A stretch of 49,167 bases of DNA from Octopus bimaculoides (Eukaryota): contig NC_068997.1 of NCBI RefSeq assembly GCF_001194135.2, positions 35,243,249-35,292,415 of the forward strand. The letters run 5' to 3'. Each line of letters opens with the position of its first letter. Positions within the stretch are counted from its first letter, which is position 1. The notes below the pieces were generated by a model. The model did not search any database. It saw nothing but the letters and a program-made list of their open reading frames with translations, and was not told the DNA's origin. The translations under genes were made by a program, and so were the position numbers. Of this stretch, positions 48,900 to 49,167 are shown one piece after another.

Positions 48900-49167
48900 T
48901 GGTGCGATGGAGGAAGAAGACAACAAGAAGCAAAAGGACAGAATGAAGCGTTGGACCTTACCTTGCCGACCACAGCGGGGTACACGATCGCTCCTAATCA
49001 GAACACGTCTTTCTCGTAACGTCGCTGTTTTCTCACTGGCCCCACGTGCTAGCCTTCGACCACATGTCGCCGACTTCCGATCTGACCCTTCCGGTTTGGC
49101 TTCACCTCTGTTTGCCTCACCCCTCTCCACCTCAACACATAGCTCGTCACAGCCCATAACACCACAA
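48900..49167. other. CpG-rich promoter/first-exon-like segment at the window edge
   Basis: High CpG density. Minus-strand CGGAAG motifs (49073-49079, 49088-49095), CACGTG at 49043, and minus-strand donor AAG|GTAAG at 48962/48961. Confidence 0.35.

Overview
Eukaryotic, AT-rich, transposon-dense genomic DNA with three assembly gaps. The SINE and LINE families resemble those I recall from octopus genomes; that assignment is inference. One host gene is well supported: DAD1/OST2 on the minus strand (CDS exons 38794-38584 and 30062-29932, 113 aa, plus a 3'UTR intron). Nearly everything else is transposon debris: CR1-like, L1/Tx1-like, RTE-like and a tentative CRE-like LINE, several tRNA-derived SINEs, two mariners, one Tc1, two hAT elements with TIRs and TSDs, a Merlin transposase fossil with Merlin-type MITEs, a Copia-like fossil and two related solo LTRs. 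I found no prokaryote-type system (CRISPR, defence operon) and no convincing new protein-coding system. The most unusual observations are structural: (i) palindromic footprints and an inverted flank duplication around a Buster-type hAT; (ii) a TSD-bounded L1/Tx1 derivative with most of ORF2 deleted; (iii) two homologous solo LTRs that each amplified a different segment just downstream of the TATA box; (iv) a nest of related MITEs in DAD1 intron 1 and a TSD-bounded MITE beside the DAD1 promoter. Alignments and translations were done by eye and family calls come from recalled motifs, not database searches.
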